Shown: piece by piece, positions 57,171-60,262 of the stretch | Numbering within the stretch: position 1 is the first letter of the stretch | Layout of the letters: each line of letters opens with the position of its first letter | Origin: a virus | Taxonomy: Duplodnaviria > Caudoviricetes | Reading direction: 5' to 3' (one strand) | Length of the DNA: 60,262 bases | IMG/VR virus record: IMGVR_UViG_3300044825_002252 | Coordinates: 1-60,262 of that record | Notes under the pieces: model-generated | The model's database searches: none | What the model was told of the DNA's origin: nothing | Seen by the model: only the letters and a program-made list of their open reading frames with translations | Translations under genes and position numbers: made by a program

Positions 57171-57218
57171 GAAACTGGCACAAGGGGTCTTCACGGAGAC
57201 CCTTTTTTGGTCTATAAT
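57159..57218 (+). promoter_or_regulatory. Dyad + hairpin/terminator + -10 cassette, copy 5
   Basis: GTCGGTT-GAGA-AACTGGC; AAGGGGTCTTC-AC-GGAGACCCTTT hairpin + T-run; TATAAT at 57213. Confidence 0.7.
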
Positions 57219-57239
57219 GACTTCATAGATAACAAACCG

Positions 57240-57476
57240 ATGACCTACGACCAACTCTACGATCATATCGTCAACTACATTTCTCTGCCTTATCCTGTTA
57301 TTACTGGTGAGATTACCAACTGGACAGGAAAACCTCTTGAACACGATAAGAAACGTGCTTGTCTAATTCTTGGTGCTTTTATGGAGTTTATCCTTGATTG
57401 TAATGATGCTGGTATTGATGTAAGGACTCTTGATATTACTGGTTTTGTAAATGAGAAACTTGATGAACTGAAATGA
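57240..57476 (+). CDS. Hypothetical protein (start revised to ATG 57240)
   Basis: First in-frame ATG after cassette 5. Confidence 0.6.
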   Translation: MTYDQLYDHIVNYISLPYPVITGEITNWTGKPLEHDKKRACLILGAFMEFILDCNDAGIDVRTLDITGFVNEKLDELK

Positions 57477-57823
57477 CCGACCTTTCTAACTTTACTTACA
57501 AGCAAATACAAGAACTTGAAAGGCAAATTGAAGAACAGAAAAGGTTGATTCAAGAACGCAAGAAGTTTTTGAGTCAAACAAAAGAGTGTGCGGTTGGATA
57601 TAAGGTGACTTTTTGTGTGAAGTTCAATCCTTATGCTCACGAACACGATGAACTGTGTAGTAAGGAAGAATTTGGTGATTGGCTGGCAAATGTTACCGCA
57701 AAACAAATTATTGACTACTTTGGAATTAAAACTCCTGTTGAAGATGTAAGTGGTTTTGATATTACAGAAATGACCGATAAAGACAAGGTAGAATGGAAAT
57801 GTTTTTGGGAGAATGAAGAATGA
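57473..57823 (+). CDS. Hypothetical protein with N-terminal coiled coil
   Basis: ATGA overlap. Confidence 0.6.
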   Translation: MTDLSNFTYKQIQELERQIEEQKRLIQERKKFLSQTKECAVGYKVTFCVKFNPYAHEHDELCSKEEFGDWLANVTAKQIIDYFGIKTPVEDVSGFDITEMTDKDKVEWKCFWENEE

Positions 57824-57996
57824 ACTACCTCTGCCTTGTTGATGGTGTCGTAGAATACGGCAGCACAGACCTCTACCAATTCAATCATTATCGTATGGTG
57901 TATTACGAAGACCACAAAGATGCTGAAAATGTAGAGTATCTTGTGCTGACTGATGAAGCATACAACGAAATGTTCCCTTGTGAGGATGAAGAATGA
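57820..57996 (+). CDS. 58-aa acidic hypothetical protein (absent from the ORF track)
   Basis: ATGA overlaps at both ends; MNYLCLVDGVVEYGSTD... Confidence 0.55.
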   Translation: MNYLCLVDGVVEYGSTDLYQFNHYRMVYYEDHKDAENVEYLVLTDEAYNEMFPCEDEE

Positions 57997-58253
57997 AACT
58001 CTTTCAATACGATAAAAAAGTTTGGGATAATGGTGAAACTGACCGCACTTGGCAGTTTGGTATCATCAACAATCGTTCATTACTTTGGATGAATTATGAA
58101 AATCCCAGTAGTTTAGTCCATAGCAATGGTGGATTTCACATCATGCTCTCATTTCTTACTTCTTCTTCTCTTTTTGGAGTAGATTTTCAAGTCGGTAAGG
58201 TTGGTTTCAGTTTTAACTTTTTCACAACATACTTTGATGGGTGGCAAGAATGA
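57993..58253 (+). CDS. Aromatic-rich hypothetical protein
   Basis: ATGA overlap; loosely similar in style to 55994. Confidence 0.55.
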   Translation: MKLFQYDKKVWDNGETDRTWQFGIINNRSLLWMNYENPSSLVHSNGGFHIMLSFLTSSSLFGVDFQVGKVGFSFNFFTTYFDGWQE

Positions 58254-58414
58254 AAATCTATTGTGTGGTTGATAATGTTGATTTGGGTTATCATATTGAG
58301 TATGCTTCCACTTCCAAAGACAAAGCAAATGAGGTATTGATTGTGAAACTTCAGGAAGAAAGACAAAAATTTTATACTACTTATGAAATGATTGAGATTG
58401 AGGTGGAAGAATGA
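58250..58414 (+). CDS. 54-aa hypothetical protein (absent from the ORF track)
   Basis: ATGA overlaps; MKIYCVVDNVDLGYHIEYASTSKDKANE... Confidence 0.55.
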   Translation: MKIYCVVDNVDLGYHIEYASTSKDKANEVLIVKLQEERQKFYTTYEMIEIEVEE

Positions 58415-58611
58415 CTGAAAGAGCAAAAAAGATTATGGAAGCATACGAAGCAGAGGATACTTACAACTTCCCAAATGACGGAGTTGCTGCTGCTCTCCGT
58501 GAAGTTGTTATTGAAGTAATACTCAAGTATATGCAGTATGCTGAATGGGAAATAGTCAATAAAATTATGGAAGACATTAACGAACTTGCTGATGAATTGG
58601 AGGCACTATGA
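58411..58611 (+). CDS. Hypothetical protein
   Basis: GAGGTGG RBS; ATGA overlap. Confidence 0.6.
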   Translation: MTERAKKIMEAYEAEDTYNFPNDGVAAALREVVIEVILKYMQYAEWEIVNKIMEDINELADELEAL

Positions 58612-58835
58612 AAAACTTTGAAGGAATTGATTGGGCAGTTTTGTCTGTATTTTTTATTGCAATCGTTGCTGGTAGTATCATCACTTATGATGCCCAACAA
58701 CAACGAGCACTCTTTCAACAAACATACAATAAGAACTTGGAGTGTCGTCAAGCACTCAAAGACCAAACAGTAGGACGAGTAAGTGAGATTTGTGGAACAG
58801 TTCCACAAATCAAAGATTTTGTTGGAGGAAACTGA
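58608..58835 (+). CDS. Small membrane-anchored protein
   Basis: GGAGG RBS; N-terminal TM segment; two Cys. Confidence 0.6.
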   Translation: MKNFEGIDWAVLSVFFIAIVAGSIITYDAQQQRALFQQTYNKNLECRQALKDQTVGRVSEICGTVPQIKDFVGGN

Positions 58836-58836
58836 A

Positions 58837-59031
58837 ATGTATAGTAATGATGATAATTGGTGGGGACTTATTCTTTTATTCGTTTTTTGTTCTTCTCTTG
58901 TGGGTATGTTGTTATATGTTGATGGACAAGGATACAAAAAGGGAGTGAATGAAACTCTTGTTTTGTGTATGGAGAACCCAAAAGATTGTAAAATTAAGTA
59001 TGATTACTTGAAGTTGGAAGAGCAGAAATGA
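58837..59031 (+). CDS. Small membrane-anchored protein (start revised to ATG 58837)
   Basis: GGAGG RBS; TM segment; CMENPKDC. Confidence 0.6.
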   Translation: MYSNDDNWWGLILLFVFCSSLVGMLLYVDGQGYKKGVNETLVLCMENPKDCKIKYDYLKLEEQK

Positions 59032-59204
59032 TTGAACTTCGTATCGTTGAGAATGAACTGGGAGTGAAACCAGACATTCAGTATCGTCATCATCGGTTTG
59101 GATTTAATGCGAGTGGAGCATTATGCCCATTAGCACCCGAATTTATTTGGAGTGAATGGAAAACTGCCGAATGGGTAACAGCAGAGGAGATTGAAAATGA
59201 TTGA
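59028..59204 (+). CDS. 58-aa hypothetical protein (absent from the ORF track)
   Basis: ATGA overlap; MIELRIVENELGVKPDIQYR..WSEWK. Confidence 0.55.
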   Translation: MIELRIVENELGVKPDIQYRHHRFGFNASGALCPLAPEFIWSEWKTAEWVTAEEIEND

Positions 59205-59352
59205 AATTCAAAAGAACTACAAACTCACACTCACAGAGCAACAAGCAAAAGAACTCTACTGGATTTTGAAAGATGTAAATTTGGATGTTGATAATGAGTT
59301 GAAACTTGTTTATCACGAACTCAAAAAGATCTTTGATAGTGGTATCCGATGA
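59197..59352 (+). CDS. 51-aa hypothetical protein (absent from the ORF track)
   Basis: GAGGAG RBS; MIEIQKNYKLTLTEQQAKELY... Confidence 0.55.
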   Translation: MIEIQKNYKLTLTEQQAKELYWILKDVNLDVDNELKLVYHELKKIFDSGIR

Positions 59353-59567
59353 AAAAGTATCGTATCAAAAAAGAAACTTATGGTGGTACTACAAAGTATT
59401 TTCCACAAGAGAAATTTTTGTATTCTTGGTATAATATCTTTGCCTATGAGGTTTATTTTGATGGTGGATATGATACTCTAGAAGAAGCACGGAAACGACT
59501 TTGTGACTATTGTAGAGAACCTGTGGTAGAATACCTGAACTTTGACCCTAATGAGGACTGCAAATGA
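59349..59567 (+). CDS. Hypothetical protein
   Basis: ATGA overlap; KYRIKKE..YFPQ..TLEEA. Confidence 0.6.
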   Translation: MKKYRIKKETYGGTTKYFPQEKFLYSWYNIFAYEVYFDGGYDTLEEARKRLCDYCREPVVEYLNFDPNEDCK

Positions 59568-59788
59568 AAATTTATTCACTCTATTATAAAGACACATTCG
59601 TAGTCGCATTTCCAAATCGGGAAGATGCTATTGATTATGGTAAGAAGTATTATGATGAGTATGCTTGGGATTGTAATATCCTTGAAGAGTATTTGAGTAA
59701 ATCTCCGTTAGTTTATACTCCTCCACATTATACTTCTCTTCATTCTCTCACTCCACAACAAACAATTCCTTGTAATAATGTAAAATGA
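59564..59788 (+). CDS. Hypothetical protein
   Basis: ATGA overlap; GAGGA RBS. Confidence 0.55.
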   Translation: MKIYSLYYKDTFVVAFPNREDAIDYGKKYYDEYAWDCNILEEYLSKSPLVYTPPHYTSLHSLTPQQTIPCNNVK

Positions 59789-59967
59789 AATATTATCTTC
59801 TAATCGCAGGATACAACTTTTATCCTGCTCCACATACTGATGATTGGATTGGATGTTATGATACTGAGGAAGAAGCAGAGGAGAAATTGAAAGAACTCAG
59901 ACAAGAAAAGTATCCTGTTGAATGGTGGGATATTGTTGATTTAAGGAGTTGGATTGGTAATGACTAA
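59785..59967 (+). CDS. Hypothetical protein
   Basis: ATGA overlap; YLLIAG..YP..DWIGCY.TEEEA. Confidence 0.6.
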   Translation: MKYYLLIAGYNFYPAPHTDDWIGCYDTEEEAEEKLKELRQEKYPVEWWDIVDLRSWIGND

Positions 59968-60127
59968 AACTCAATCAGCATTAGAACGAGTTATTATTGA
60001 ACTTGATAGTTGGTGTGATAATTGGACACCCACATCTTATAATGACCCTCGCATCAGTTTGAGACAGATTGCTGACCGTGCTCGTGATGTTTTAGAACAG
60101 GAGAAAAATGACTATGATTTTAGATGA
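59960..60127 (+). CDS. 55-aa hypothetical protein (absent from the ORF track)
   Basis: AAGGAG upstream; MTKTQSALERVIIELDSWCDNW... Confidence 0.5.
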   Translation: MTKTQSALERVIIELDSWCDNWTPTSYNDPRISLRQIADRARDVLEQEKNDYDFR

Positions 60128-60262
60128 AGAAGTCATCAAACTTGTAAAAGAACACTTTGAAGAAGATTGGGATGAAAATGATGGTTGGGAGTATTCTGGA
60201 AACTTTGATGCCTTTGTGAAGTTTGCCCAAGAAATCTTTCAAATGGGTTATAATGAAGGTAG
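60108..60262 (+). CDS. Partial hypothetical protein running off the window end
   Basis: AGGAG RBS; MTMILDEEVIKLVKEHFEEDW... with no stop before the end. Confidence 0.5.
   Translation, partial: MTMILDEEVIKLVKEHFEEDWDENDGWEYSGNFDAFVKFAQEIFQMGYNEG

Noticed and set aside
51066-57218. Reading the dyads as NtcA, CRP or Pho boxes, or as invertase sites
   Set aside because: Half-sites and spacing do not fit those consensus sequences, no recombinase gene is present, and all flanking genes keep one orientation.
1580-58937. Minus-strand ORFs in the supplied track
   Set aside because: All overlap stronger plus-strand genes and lack motifs or RBS; they look like shadow ORFs.
1-60262. Stop-codon reassignment or programmed frameshifts
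   Set aside because: The standard code gives near-complete coding density and intact catalytic motifs; no split gene needed repair.
46765-60262. tRNA, rRNA, introns, homing endonucleases, IS elements
   Set aside because: No cloverleaf or T-loop signature in the intergenic gaps, and no LAGLIDADG, GIY-YIG, HNH or transposase motifs recognised.

Overview
AT-rich segment of a large T4-like myovirus genome, most consistent with a (freshwater-type) cyanophage. Essentially all credible genes are on the + strand. Bases 1-47.2 kb are a late virion tail/fibre region punctuated by (A/C)TAAATA late-promoter motifs. It holds a large structural protein, a DUF5648-like protein, an S8 protease and two paralogous three-gene fibre modules (beta-helix-type protein + ~115-aa adaptor + Gly-X-Gln collagen-like fibre). 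The first module is followed by three 12-repeat Kelch-like proteins interleaved with tailoring enzymes (GT-A, two 2OG-Fe(II) oxygenases, sulfotransferase, GT4-FkbM). The second is followed by three LamG-like cassette genes and then a further fibre/LamG module. Bases 47.2-51.1 kb encode a GH130-like protein and a four-domain FkbM-GT2/7-GT25-TPR enzyme. Bases 51.1-60.3 kb are an early-type region (HEXXH protein, SF2 helicase, peptide deformylase, metzincin, many small overlapping ORFs) with a repeated dyad + variable hairpin + -10 cassette. The most notable candidates are a virion surface 'propeller + hydroxylate/glycosylate/methylate/sulfate' decoration system (17.8-28.9 kb) and the repeated regulatory cassette. 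All family calls come from motif recognition by eye, not database searches.
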